Under the pieces are notes generated by a model, which saw only the letters and a program-made list of their open reading frames with translations, was not told the origin of the DNA and searched no databases. Made by a program: the position numbers and the translations under genes. Of a stretch of DNA of 64,000 bases, positions 1-11,458 are shown piece after piece (position 1 is the first letter of the stretch; the number at the start of each line of letters is the position of its first letter). This stretch comes from Pristiophorus japonicus (lineage: Eukaryota): contig NC_092010.1 of the NCBI RefSeq assembly GCF_044704955.1, positions 2,232,001-2,296,000 of the forward strand, given 5' to 3'.

Positions 1-38
<38 letters not shown>

Positions 39-60
39 TCACACACATACACCCACGCAG
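1..60. repeat. (CA)n microsatellite, intronic to the left-hand GPCR paralog; equivalent CA-rich tracts at about 31460-31750 and 54890-55190
   Basis: Direct AC dinucleotide run; same context in all three units. Confidence 0.95.
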
Positions 61-129
61 CCACATTCACAGGTTGCCAGTCATTAAAGAAGAGTTCGCT
101 TATTTGGTGACTATCTGCTACTCACGTAC

Positions 130-199
130 CGGCCACACCGATGACTGCCAGGCAATGGTAGAACACGTCCTGCGCTAGTAAGAATGCCAAGCTTCCCAT
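130..199 (-). CDS. Coding exon 1 (MGSLAFLLAQDVFYHCLAVIGVA) of a third GPR139/GPR142-like GPCR paralog whose exon 2 lies left of the window
   Basis: ATG at 199, 23 codons + 1 nt, then donor GTACGT at 129; near-identical to the exons at 31811-31880 and 55254-55323. Confidence 0.85.
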
Positions 200-286
200 C
201 CTCGGAGAGAGTCAGTGACGTGAGTTGGAGCTGGAGACAGCAGCACACAGTGACACACAGAGGCAGTGCTTTGGAAGTAGCCTCGA

Positions 287-293
287 TTATATA
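287..293 (-). promoter_or_regulatory. Candidate TATA box (TATATAA) about 88 nt upstream of the GPCR ATG
   Basis: Reverse complement of ttatata; retained at 31968-31974, mutated at 55411-55417. Confidence 0.5.
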
Positions 294-539
294 CTCAGGA
301 GAATCTCCCAGTGAGACATCGAGCTCAGGGGGGGCCTGGTACCAGCTGCAGTCAATGCAGCCGCACAACAGGTAAGGGACCTTAACTATCCTAATCCACG
401 GGGAGAGCTTACGTGGAGATTGCACTTTAATAACCTCAAACATACCCTGCAACAGCAGAGTCACCGAGTAATATTCAGAAGGTTCAGAGGCGGTTTCAAC
501 TAAATGGTATTATTTTGAGGCAGGTGCAGGAGAGTAACA

Positions 540-1060
540 GGTCCTGGGCTGCATATTGACAAATCCTTGAAGGTGGCAGAGCCACCTCATCAGACGATTA
601 AGAAAGTATATGAAGACTTGCTTTTGTAAATAGGGACATTGGATTCTAAAACAAGGAAGGCTTGTTAACCCTCTACAAAAAACTGGTTATCAATTCTGGT
701 CATCGTACTTTAGGAAGGATGTCGAGGCCTTGGAGAGGGTGCAGAGGCGGTTTACAAGGATAATACCAGGGAGAGGAAGCTCAGTTACATTGAGAGATTT
801 GAGAAGCTGGGATTGTTCTGCTTAGGGCAGAGAAGGTTAAGGACTGATCGAATAGCGATATTCAAAGTTACGTAGGGTTTTGATAGAGCAACTAGGGAGA
901 AAGGGCTTCCTCTGGCAAGAGGGCCAGGAACCATCGGACATAGATTAAATTAATTGTCAAAAGAGCTAGAGAGGAAATGAGGAGAAACATTTTAACACAA
1001 AGGGTTGGCATGATCTGGAACTCACTGCCTGAAAGGGTACTGGAGTCAGATTCCATAAAA
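540..1060 (+). mobile_element. Degenerate CR1 LINE 3' fragment (copies at about 32215-32745 and 55660-56205)
   Basis: The copy at 32343 translates as [33 protein letters not shown], the CR1 ORF2 C-terminal motif. Confidence 0.85.
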
Positions 1061-1067
1061 CAAAATA

Positions 1068-1440
1068 AAAAGAAAGACTTGCATTTATATAGCGCCTTTC
1101 ACGACCACCGCACGTCCCAAAGCGCTTTGCAGCCAATGAAATACTTTTGAAATGTAGTCACTACTGTAATGTGGGAAACATCGGAGCCAATTTTTTGCAC
1201 AACAAGCTCCCACAAGTAGCAATGTGATAATGACCTGATAATCTGTTTTAATGATGTTGATTGAGGGTTAAATATTGACCAGGACACTGGGGAAAAATCT
1301 CCTGCTCTTCTTCGAAATAAGACCACAAGATCTTTTACATCCACCTTAGAGCGCAGACAGGGCCTCAGTTTAACATCTTGTCCTGAAAGATGGCATTTTT
1401 ATGCTCAAGTCCCTGGAGTGGGACTTGAACCTACAACCCT
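1068..1440 (-). mobile_element. tRNA-derived Deu-domain SINE (SacSINE1-like); copies at about 32745-33120 and 56210-56583
   Basis: B-box-like GGTTCAAGTCCC, Deu core (GCCATCTTTCAGGA..GATGTTAAACTGAGGCCCTG) and tail GCGCTATATAAATGCAAGTCTTTCTTT on the minus strand; family name recalled from memory. Confidence 0.75.
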
Positions 1441-1672
1441 AGGAACTTTCACAGGAACTTTCAAGCACATAGAAAGCCTCTAAATTGCAGAGAACCACTC
1501 TAATACAATCACAACATCGCCAGCAATAAAACCTTTCCTGTGTTTTTGCCGAGAGAAGCTGAGGGTCCCTTTTAAATACCGTCTCCCCAATTGTACTGCC
1601 CGTGGTGTGTGGGCGGGATCAGGAAATGGCAGCACTAACAAGGGCCGAGACAGAAATGGGGATTGGGGTCTT

Positions 1673-2200
1673 ATCGTCATAGGCGTTCCATCGAACGAGG
1701 ATGACTTGCTTCCACATGAGTTCATAGATGTTTCAATGAAGGACCCGATGTTCCCATCCTGAACTCCAATTGAGGGGGTGAAAGATTCCTGTGCATGAAT
1801 GTTTTTAACGTGTGGTGACCATTGCACATCAGCCACCACCCGGGTTTGACAGAGCTAGGACTTGGTCCAGTGGCAAGAGTAAAACAGGACGACTGGAGAC
1901 CAGCTCTGCTGCATGGACCTAGTACGCACACATATCACAGTGTGGGCCGGCCCGTGCGACCCCTGGGCCCTCAGCACTTCTGGGCCCCATACCCTAATTT
2001 ACCGCACCATCACCATGATCTCTTGCTGCTTCTCCGCCGCAATCATTCGCCACACCTCTGCCACAATTTCTCGCCGCTCTTCCACCATAAACATTCACCG
2101 CACCTCCGCACCAAACATTCGCCAAACCTCCGGCACGATCACCCACCAAATCTCAGCCATGATCCCTCATCGCTCCTCCATGCCGATTACTCGTCGCAAG
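1673..2200 (-). mobile_element. Non-autonomous RTE-derived (bipartite 5'/3') element, ending at the Gypsy LTR; copies at about 33338-33867 and 56816-57343
   Basis: Minus strand ends GGAAGCAAGTCATCCTCG...GCCTATGACGAT (RTE-type 3' end with a decayed (GAT)n tail); structured GC-rich 5' part; family assignment from memory. Confidence 0.55.
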
Positions 2201-5200
2201 TGTCATGCATGTATGCTTGGGTTTGCTAGCGACCAGGTGGTGCCACTGTTGGAGGTTATTCGGCTGTGCACATCTGTGTGTGGCCCAGATATAAAAAGCC
2301 AGCCATCTTGCAATGTAATCACTTTGGGTTTTAATAAAGTAGAGGCAGGGGGGTACCTGTTCGGAGATTACTGTATTCAGTCTATTGAGTTATTGAAGAA
2401 ACAACATTTGGCGACGAGGTAACAAGAACCTTTGCATGCAAAAATGAGTACAATTGGAATTCTGGAGCGATTTGTGTAGGGAAAAGATTGGGCATACGTT
2501 ATAGCCCGCTTGAACCAGTACTTCGTGGCCAACAAAATGGAGAAAGAGGCAGACACAGTTCGGCGCTGGGCGGTCCTCCTCACGGTTTGCGGTCGGAAAA
2601 TCTATGGACTCATAAAGAATCTCCTCTCGCCCTTAAGTCCAATGGACAAGGACTATGAAACATTGTGTGCTCTGGTACGTGACCATCTCAAACCAGAAGA
2701 AGCTATCATCATTGTTATATATGTAAACGTGTATATACTCTGGAGTCCCAAGGGATCCCATAAGCCCTTTGGAGCACATGTATTTAAGGATTCCTCACAG
2801 ATTGGAGAGGCTCTCTGGAGACCTGCAATGAAGGACTAAGGTCACACTTTACTTTGAGCTCAAAGTATCCAGTCAGACTCTTTCTTCACACATAACAACT
2901 GGCAACAAGATACAGATCGCGAACCCAATGATACAGACAACAGTGGGCATCCTGGAGAAATTCTCGGAGGGAGATGATTGGGAAACCTTTGTGGAGAGAC
3001 TCGACCAATACTTCATAGCCAATGAGCTGGAAGGAGAAGCGAATGATGCCAAACGAAGGGCGATTCTGCTCACCATCTGCGGGGCACCAACATAGGGCTT
3101 CGTGAAAAATCTGCTTCCTCCAGCGAAAACCACAGAGAAATCATACGATGATTTGTGCACACTGGTCCAGGAGCATTTGAATCTGAAGGAAAGTGTTTTG
3201 TTGGCGATGTAATTGTTCTACACCGAAAAAAGGTCTGAAGGCCAGGAAGTGGCGAGTTATGTCACGTAGATAAGATGCCTTGCAGGACATTGCAAATTTG
3301 AAGGACATTTGGAGCACATGCTCAGAGACATTTTCGTACTTGACATTGGCCACAAAACAATACTTCGCAAATTCTTGACTGTAGAGACCCCAACCTTGAT
3401 TAAGGCCACAGCGATAGCCCAGGCGTTCATTGCCACCAGTGATAATACGAAGCAAATCTCTCAGCAAACAAGTGCTGCTACAAGTACTGTGAACGAAGTG
3501 ATGTTGTTTTCAAATCGCAACCTACAGGGCAGGCCCCCACACCTGCAGCTGCACATCCGCAGATGTCTCAGAGTCCACCATCAAGGGTGATGCATAGAAG
3601 GCCATCAACACTTTGTTGGCCCTGTGGGGGTGATCATCGTTTCCATTCATGCCACTTCAAAGGGTACGTTTGCAAGGGCTGAGGAACAATGGGACACCTC
3701 CAACGTATGTGCAGGTGAACTGTAAATCCTGTTATTCCTGCAAACCACCATGTTGCAGAGGAGGACAGATCCACGGCGGATCACGACGAACCAGAGCCTC
3801 AGACCCAGGAGGCAGAGGTACATGGGGTGCACACATTTACCACAAAGTGTCCCCCGATAATGCTGAATGTTGAACTAAATGGACTCCCGGTGTCAATGGA
3901 GCTGGACACAGGCACGAGCCAGTCCATCATGAGCAAAAAGACTTTCAAGAAATTGTGGTGCAGCAAGGCCTCAAGGCCAGTCTTATCTCCAATTCATACA
4001 AAATTAAGAAGTTATACAACTGAACTGATTCTCGTAACCGGCACGGCCACTGTAAAGGTCTCCTACAATGGAGCGGTGCACTCTGGGTGGTACCGGGCGA
4101 TGGTTCCACGCTGCTCGGCAGGAGCTGACTGGGAAATATACACTGGAACTGGGACGATGTGTGAGTGCTCTCGCCGGCTGATGACACTTCATGTGCCCAG
4201 GTCTTAAACAAATTCCCCTTGCTGTTCAAACCAGGCATCGGGAAGTTCCAAGGAGCAAAAGTGCAGATCCACCTAATTCCAGCGGCGCAACCCATCCATC
4301 AAAAGGCGAGAGCAGTACTGTACATGATGAGAGAAAGGGTAGAGATCGAGCTCGACCGGTTGCAAAGAGAGGGCATCATTTCACCGATCGAATTTAACGA
4401 GTGGGCCAGCGCAATCATCCCAGTCCTCAAGGGAGATGGCACCGTCAGAATCTGTGGCAATTACAAAGTAACGATCAATCGTTTCTACCTGGAGGACCAA
4501 TACCCACTACCAAAGGCCGACGACCTCTTTGCAAAGCTGGTGGGAGGAAAGACGTTCACGAAGCTGGACTTGACTTCAGCCTACATGATGCAGGAGCTGG
4601 AGGAATCCTCGAAGGGCCTCACCTGCATCAACACACACAAAGGTCTCTTCATTTATAACAGATGCCCGTTTGGAATTCAATCAGTGGTGGCGATATTCCA
4701 AAGAAACATGGAAAGCTTACTGAAGTTGGTTCTGCACACAGTGGTCTTCCAGGACGACATCTTGGTCACAGGTCGGGACACAGTCGAGCATCTGCAGAAC
4801 CTGGCGGAGATTCAACCGCGTGAGGCTCGGGTTAAAAAGCTCAGTGTGTTTTCCTGGCACCTGAAGTGGAGTTCCTGGGGAGGAGATTTGCGGCGGATGG
4901 CATCAGGCCCATAGATTCAAAGATGGAGGCAATCGAGAACGCAGCAATACCACAGGACGTGATGGAGCTGCGGTCGTTTCTCGGACTCCTGAACTATTTT
5001 GGTAACCTCTTACCGAGTCTCAGCACACTGTTCGAACCACTGCACGCCTTACTGCGTAAAGGGGATGGATGGGTATGGGGCAAAAGCCAATAAAATGCCT
5101 GTGTAAAAGCGAGAAAATTGTCATGCTCAAACAAATTTCTTGTGTTGTATGATCCATGTAAGTGTTTGGTACTAGCATGTGATGCATCGTCATATGGTGT

Positions 5201-8200
5201 CGGGTGTGTATTGCAACTAGCTAATGATTTTGGGACATTGCAACCGGTTGCTTACATATCCAGGAGTCTGTCTAAGGCTGAGAGAGCCTACCGCATGGTT
5301 GAGAAAGAAGCATTAGTGTGTGTCAATGGGGTAAAGAAAATGCATCAATATCTGTTTGGGCTAAGATTTGAATTGGAAACTGACCACAAGCCACTCATAT
5401 CCCTGTTTTCCGAGAGTAAAGGGATAAATACCAACGCATCGGCCCGCATCCAGAGATGGGCGCTCACGTTGTCTGCAAACAACTACACCATCCACCACAG
5501 GCCAGGCACAGAAAACTGTGCCGATGCTCTCAGTAGGCTGCCATTGTCCACCACGGGGGTGGAAATGGCGCAGCCTGCAGATTTAGTCATGGTTATGGAA
5601 GCACTTGAGAGTGAGCAATCACCCGTCACAGTCCGACAGATTAAAACCTGGACAAACCAGGATGCTTTGCTGTCCCTAGTTTAAAACTGTGTCCTTCATC
5701 GGAGCTGGTCCAGTGTCTCAGTGGAAATGCAGGAAGAGATAAAGCTGTTCCAACGGTGTAAAGCTGAATTATCTATACAGGCAGACCTCCTTCTGTGGGG
5801 TAATCGGGTAGTGGTTCCCACGAAGGGCAGAGAGACCTTCATCAATGACCTCCACAGTACCCACCCAGGCACCGTAATGATGAAAGCGATAACCAGATCC
5901 CATGTGTGGTGGCCCGTTATTGATGGGAACTTAGATTCCTGCGTGCACAGATGTAACGTATGCTCGCAGCTAAGCAATGTACCCAGGGAGGCGGCACTCA
6001 GTTTATGTTGTTGGTCCTCCAAACCGTGGTCTAGGGTCCATATCGACTATGCATGCCCGTTCTTGGATAAAATGTTCCTAGTGTTTGTAGATCCATACTC
6101 CAACTGGATTGAATGTGAGATAATGTCGGCAAGCACGTCCGCTGCCACCACTGAAAGCCAGTGGGCCATGCTTCCCGCGCATGGCCTGCCCGATGGCCTT
6201 GTGAGCAACAATGGGCCATGTTTTACCAGTGCTGAGTTCAAAAATTCATGACCCGCAACGGGATTAAACATGTTACATCTGCCCAATTTAAACCAGCATC
6301 CAATGGTCAAGCAGAGATAGCAGTGCAAAACGTCATGCAAGGCTTGAAGAGGGTAACTGAAGGCTCACTGCAGACTCGCCTATCCCGAGTCCTGCTAAGG
6401 TACCGCACTAAACCCCACTCGCTAACCGGGATCCCACCTGCTGAACTGCTCATGAAAAGGGCACTTAAGACAAGGCATTCGTTATTTCACCCCGATCTAC
6501 ATGAACAGGTAGAGAGCAGGCGGCCTCAACACAGTCAGTATCATGATAGCGCAAATGTGTCACGCGAGATTCAAGTCAATGATCTTGTATTTGTATTGAA
6601 TTATGGACAAGATCCCAAATGGCTTCCCGGCACTGTCGTGGCCAAAGAGGAGAGCAGTGTGTTTCGGGCCAAACTGTCAAATGGACCTATTCACCGAAAA
6701 CACTTTGACCAAATCAAACTCAGATTCACGGACTATCCTGAGCAACCCACTTTGGATCTTGACTTCTTTGACCCCACAACATACACACCAGTGGCAACCG
6801 ACACCGCGTTTGGCCACGAAGCAGAACCCATCATCCACAGCAACCCAGCAGAACTCACAACACCAGGCAGCCCAGCAAGGCCAGCTGCACAACAGCCCAG
6901 CGAGTGACCAACAGACGACTTATCAATACCATCATTTGCCCCGAGATGATCAACCAGGGTAAGAACGGCCCAGATCGACTCACCTTGTAAATAGTTGCAC
7001 TGTTGACTTTGGCGGTGAGTTTTGTTATACGTGTAAACTTGCATATACTCTGTACAGCCACCAGAGGGCTCATCCCCTGGAGTCCCAAGGGATCTCATAA
7101 TCCCTTGGAAGCACAGGTATTTCAAGAGGCCTCACAGATTGGAGAGACACTCTGGAGACCTGCAATAAAGGACTAAGGTCACACTTTACTTTGAGCTCAC
7201 AGTATCCAGTCAGACTCTTTCTTCATACAAAACAATCATCTCATGATATCGATTCTACACGCACGGTCGTTCTGAGGGCCAGGATGTATCGGAATTCGTT
7301 GCCGAATTAAGACTTCTAGCTGGACCGTGTATGTTTGAAACTGCATTGGCAGACATGCTGTGGGAGTTCTTTGTAGTCAGCATCAACCACGTGATGATCT
7401 TGCGTAAGCTACTGGTGGTGAAGAAGCTGGGTTTGAGCAAGACCATCACGAATGCCCAATCATGCATGATGACAGACAAAAGCCTAAAGCAGGTAGAATT
7501 GAAAAATCGGAACTCGGCAAGTACTGTAAACAAGATAGTATTGTCGTTTGGCAGAGCTCCATATGGCAGGGCCTACCCGACTGCATATGTGAAACCTGTG
7601 GCTGCTCAAAGTCCGCCAATGGGAATGCATCGAATATCACCATGTTGACATTATGGGGGAAATCATCGGTATCATCAGTGTCGGTTTAAAGAGTATATTT
7701 GTAAAGGCTGTTCGAGAGTGGGGCATCTCCAGCATATGCGTCCGCAACTGAGCAAGCGTGCTGCGACACATCACATTGAGGATGATGACCAGTCTAGTGC
7801 GGATCCGGATATGCAATCCGAGATGCCAGAGGAGGAAGTGTATGGACTGTATTCATTCCGAACAAAGAGCCAACTGATAATGATTAATGTAAAACTTAAT
7901 GATGAGCCGGTATCAATGAAATTGGACATGGGTGTGAGTCAATCAATAATGAACCAGAGGACATTCGACAGGCTGTGGGATACTAAGGCTGTGAGGGGTA
8001 AGCTGAGTCAATGCCAGTCAATGCCAAGTTGCGTACGTACACTAACGAAATCATAACAGTGATTGGCAGTGCAGTAATCAAGGTGTCGTATGATGGTGTG
8101 GTTCACAATGTACCATTATGAATTGTTCCAGACAATGGCCCAACGCTGTTCGGCAGGAACTGTTAGGAAAAAATTCCAAGGGAACTGGAACCAGATCAAA

Positions 8201-8528
8201 GTGTTGTCGTCAGAGGAGGATACTCCATGTGCTCAAGTGCTGAGCAAGATCCTCTCGCTGTTTGAACCTGGCACGGCAATTTCACAGGAGCCAAGATGCA
8301 GATCCACATGGACTCGGATGCAAGACCCGTCCATCATAAGCTCGGGCAAGAAACCAGTGTGAAGGGATCATATCACCGGTCAAATTTAACGAATGGGCCA
8401 ACTCCATTGTTCCCATGTTGAAAAGTGATGGCACTGTCAGAATTTGTGGAGACTACAAGGTTACGATCAATCGAGTTTCGAAACAGGATCAATACCCGTT
8501 ACCGAAGACTGATGACCTGTTTGCAACA
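2201..8528 (+). mobile_element. Outer Ty3/Gypsy (Mag-like) LTR retrotransposon, decayed: 5' LTR 2201-2406, PBS-like TTTGGCGACGAG 2407-2418, gag split by the nested element, protease and start of RT, 3'-truncated
   Basis: LTR begins TGTCATG and ends ACAACA, with ATATAAAA and AATAAA; gag NQYFVANKME..AVLLTVCG resumes at 7240; RT VRICGDYKVTINR near 8435; no 3' LTR. Confidence 0.88.
2713..7234 (+). mobile_element. Inner full-length Ty3/Gypsy element (LTRs 2713-2897 and 7023-7234; gag, PR, RT, RNase H, IN), pseudogenised
   Basis: TG..CA LTR pair, 5-bp TSD ATCAT (2708-2712 and 7235-7239); motifs LDTG, KLDLTSAY, FQDD, ACDAS, ETDHKPL, HSTHPG, integrase core; stops and frameshifts. Confidence 0.95.
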
Positions 8529-8790
8529 GGCTCGAGTGGCTGAATGACCTCCTCCTGTTCCAATGTTACAGACTCGAGGGGCTGAATGGCCTGCTCCTGT
8601 TCCTGTGTAACAGGCTCCATGGGCTGAATGGGCGTTCTCCTGTTCCTGTGTAAGAGGCTCCAGGGGCTGAATGGGCGTCCTCCTGTTCCTGTGTAACAGG
8701 CTCCAGGGGCCGAATGGGCTTCCTCCTGCTCCTACATAACTGACTCGAGGATCTCAATAGGCCTTCTCCTGCCGCTATGCAACAGGCTAA
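8528..8790 (+). repeat. 42-43 bp minisatellite built from the CR1 3' terminus (6 copies; 4 copies at 39774-39945; 5 copies at 63707-63920)
   Basis: Unit AGGCTCSAGGGGCTGAATGGCCTNCTCCTGTTCCTRTGTAAC starts at 8528, 8570, 8612, 8655, 8698 and 8741; matches CR1 tails such as 20250-20285. Confidence 0.88.
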
Positions 8791-9621
8791 AACTGCTGAA
8801 TGAAATACTACTGTTCCATTCCTGCGAGATGTGCTTTGCGCCTGTGACCCTGTCATCACTGTGAGCGTTGGTGCTCTCACACTGCACTGAGGGACAGATA
8901 CCGTCTCTCTGCCCATCCCTGGCCCTTGCCACTGCCCCAGGGATCAGCTTTCACAGTGAGATTGCATGAAACCGAAGGATCCCAGGGATGGCTGAAGGAG
9001 CTCCTGCAACTTAATTCAACCCAGAGAAATAATCAGTCTCACCGGGCCAGAGGCGCTGATCAGCAGAGGAAGAAAGTCACTCCTCGCCTTCAAATATATG
9101 TCAAGTAACAACTCGAATCCTCAACCTTCTCACTTTAACTCCTCAACCTTAAGTCTTCTTAACTCCCTCACCTTAATTCACAGAATCATAGCATGGCTAC
9201 AGTAAAGAATGAGTCTATTCAGCACGTTGAAACCATGCCGGCTCTCTGCAAGAGCACCTCAGCTAGTCCCACTCCCCCACCCTTTCTCCATAGCCCTGCA
9301 TTTTTTTTCCTTCAGGTACTTATCCAGTTCAGTTTGAGGAACTGGGAGGTGCCAAACCGTGGCTCTATAGAAAAGTAGTTTAGCTAAAATAGACTTTTCA
9401 GATGGGCTGTTTAAGAATTTCCATGATTCGGACTAGAATTAAAGGTCAAAAGTTATTTTCTACATATACGGGATCAACTTTGGAGACCAATTTCCTGCAG
9501 TAACTCATAGCTTCTGCTTGTACCCGAAGTAACCTTGACAAATGGCATTTAAAAACGGAATGAATATTTTAGAGTGCACTACAGTGCCACCACTGCCTGG
9601 AAGGTGTCATTGCAACGTGAC

Positions 9622-10606
9622 ATGAAGGAAGGATATCTTTGCCTGCGAGGCAGCGCAATGATGGTTGATCAGATGGATTCCTGGGATGAGAGGGTTGTAG
9701 AATGAGGAGCGATTGAGTAGAATGATCTTATACTCTCTGGAGTTTAGAAGAATGAGAGGTGATCTCATTGAAACGTATAAAATTCTTGCAGGACTTGACA
9801 GGGTAGATGCTGAGTGGTTGTATCTCCTGGGCTTAAGCTGGATACAATCTATATCAATGACTTAGATGAGAGGACTTATTGTAATATATCCAAGTATACT
9901 GACCATACAAAGTTAGGTGAAAGGTTTCTGTGAGAAGGATGCAAAGAAGCTGCAAAGGGATATAGATCGATTGAGCGATTTGGCAGGAAGCTGGAAGATG
10001 GAGTATAAGGAAAGGAAATGTAAGGTTATTCACTTTGGTAGCAAGAATGGAAAAGCAAAATATTTTTTCAAAGATGAGAAACTGTGAAATGGTGATATTC
10101 AGAGGGTTTTGGGTGTCCTTGAACACGACTCACGGAAAGTTAACTTGCAGCTACAGCAAGCAATTAGCAAAGCAAATAATTGGCTATCCTTTATTGCAAG
10201 GATCTTGGCGTACAAGCGTAAGGAATTCTTGCTGCAATTATACAGGGCTTTGGTGAGACCACACCTGGAGTACTGTGCACAGTTTTAGTCTCCTTACAGA
10301 AGGAAGGATATACTTGCCATAGAGAGGGTGCAACAAAGGTTCACTCGATTTATCCCTGGGATGAGACAGTTGTCCGATGAGGAGAGATTGAGTAGAGTGG
10401 GCCGAAACACTCTGGAGTTTAGAGGAATGAGAGGCGATCTAATTGAAACATGTAAGATTCTGAGGGGGATTGACAGGGTAGATGCTGAGAGGTTGATTCC
10501 CCCTGGCTGGAGAGTCTACAGCCAGGGGGCACAGACTCAGGATAATGGGCCAGCCATTTAAGACTGAGATGAGGAGGAATTTCTTCACTCAGAGGGTGGT
10601 GAATCT
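9622..10606 (+). mobile_element. CR1 LINE 3' fragments, cut at 10606 by the ERV/deletion junction (paralog 40788-41970 continues to the tail)
   Basis: QQRFTRFIPGMRQLSDEERL..RGDLIETCKILRG translation. Confidence 0.88.
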
Positions 10607-11350
10607 CGATGTTCCTTTAATAAGTTTTACTTGCAGCAAGGAAGAGTCTCACGCAGTCAAAGGCCAAGTGAGGACTCTCAAAATAGTACAGTTTCACAAT
10701 GTATTTTTGCAGTAAAACAAACAAGTTGTGGTTCCATCTTGTGTATTGGTTCTGCCTTTGCAGTCAGCGAAAACAGATAAAGAGTTCTTCAATCAGTTAA
10801 TGATTACCACATCCTTGTCTTAACATTTTTTCCAAATGCCTCCTTTGTCAGTGACTTTGGTGGGCCAGACAGCAACAACTCGATTAGGGTGTGATAATGT
10901 GCCATCACCAGCTTTGCATTGTTTTAGGATTGTCCAGTTTCCTGGCCAGTTATTTGGGCCCATGATTTCCATAGAGGTTGATTGGGTTCCTGGCTTCTAG
11001 CATATTATGGATGAGTTCTGTGCAAGAGGTAATGGCTGGTAATTTGATTATCTCTTAGGGGGTGAATTGGTGCTGCATCTTTACAACCTTTATCCAGCCT
11101 TTCTAAGGTCTGGCATAGCGACAGACTATTGATAATACAGGGGAGCACAAGGGGTGGTACTTATCTCAGCAGGACAGTCTTAATGTTGTCTGGTGGGTAT
11201 TAATCAGCTATCAGCAGTCAAAGTTAACATGTTTATGCAAACAGACTGTCTGCTGCAGAAGTTTTCTGGCAGGACCGGGACTCCATTTTGTTTTATGGCA
11301 AAAAGGGTACAAAAACAGTGTAATGCAACTTAAAAAAATACATTTCCACA
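10607..11350 (-). repeat. ERV 3' LTR (U5 end deleted)
   Basis: Starts TGTGGAAATG right after the PPT AAAAGGAGGGAA (11351-11362); aligns to 22734-23470 (10 mismatches in the first ~142 nt by eye). Confidence 0.92.
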
Positions 11351-11458
11351 TTCCCTCCTTTTGTCCTTCACAGGGACAGCTTAATCCATTCCAGTCTTGC
11401 ATATCTTTCTATTTCTATTTCCACACAAGAACCTTCAGTAGTTGTAGCTACCATAACC

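Noticed and set aside
111-464. ORFs 111-464 (minus) and 184-375 (plus), and the plus-strand CAG|GTAAGG donor near 371
   Set aside because: Alternative frames over the real exon 1 and promoter; the donor is altered in unit 3 and no partner exon was found
1822-2422. His/Pro-rich ORFs repeated in each unit
   Set aside because: Translation of a low-complexity ~24-nt repeat in the RTE-derived element running into an LTR; ends differ between copies
8528-8790. CRISPR-like array
   Set aside because: Contiguous tandem units without unique spacers, derived from a LINE tail, in a vertebrate context
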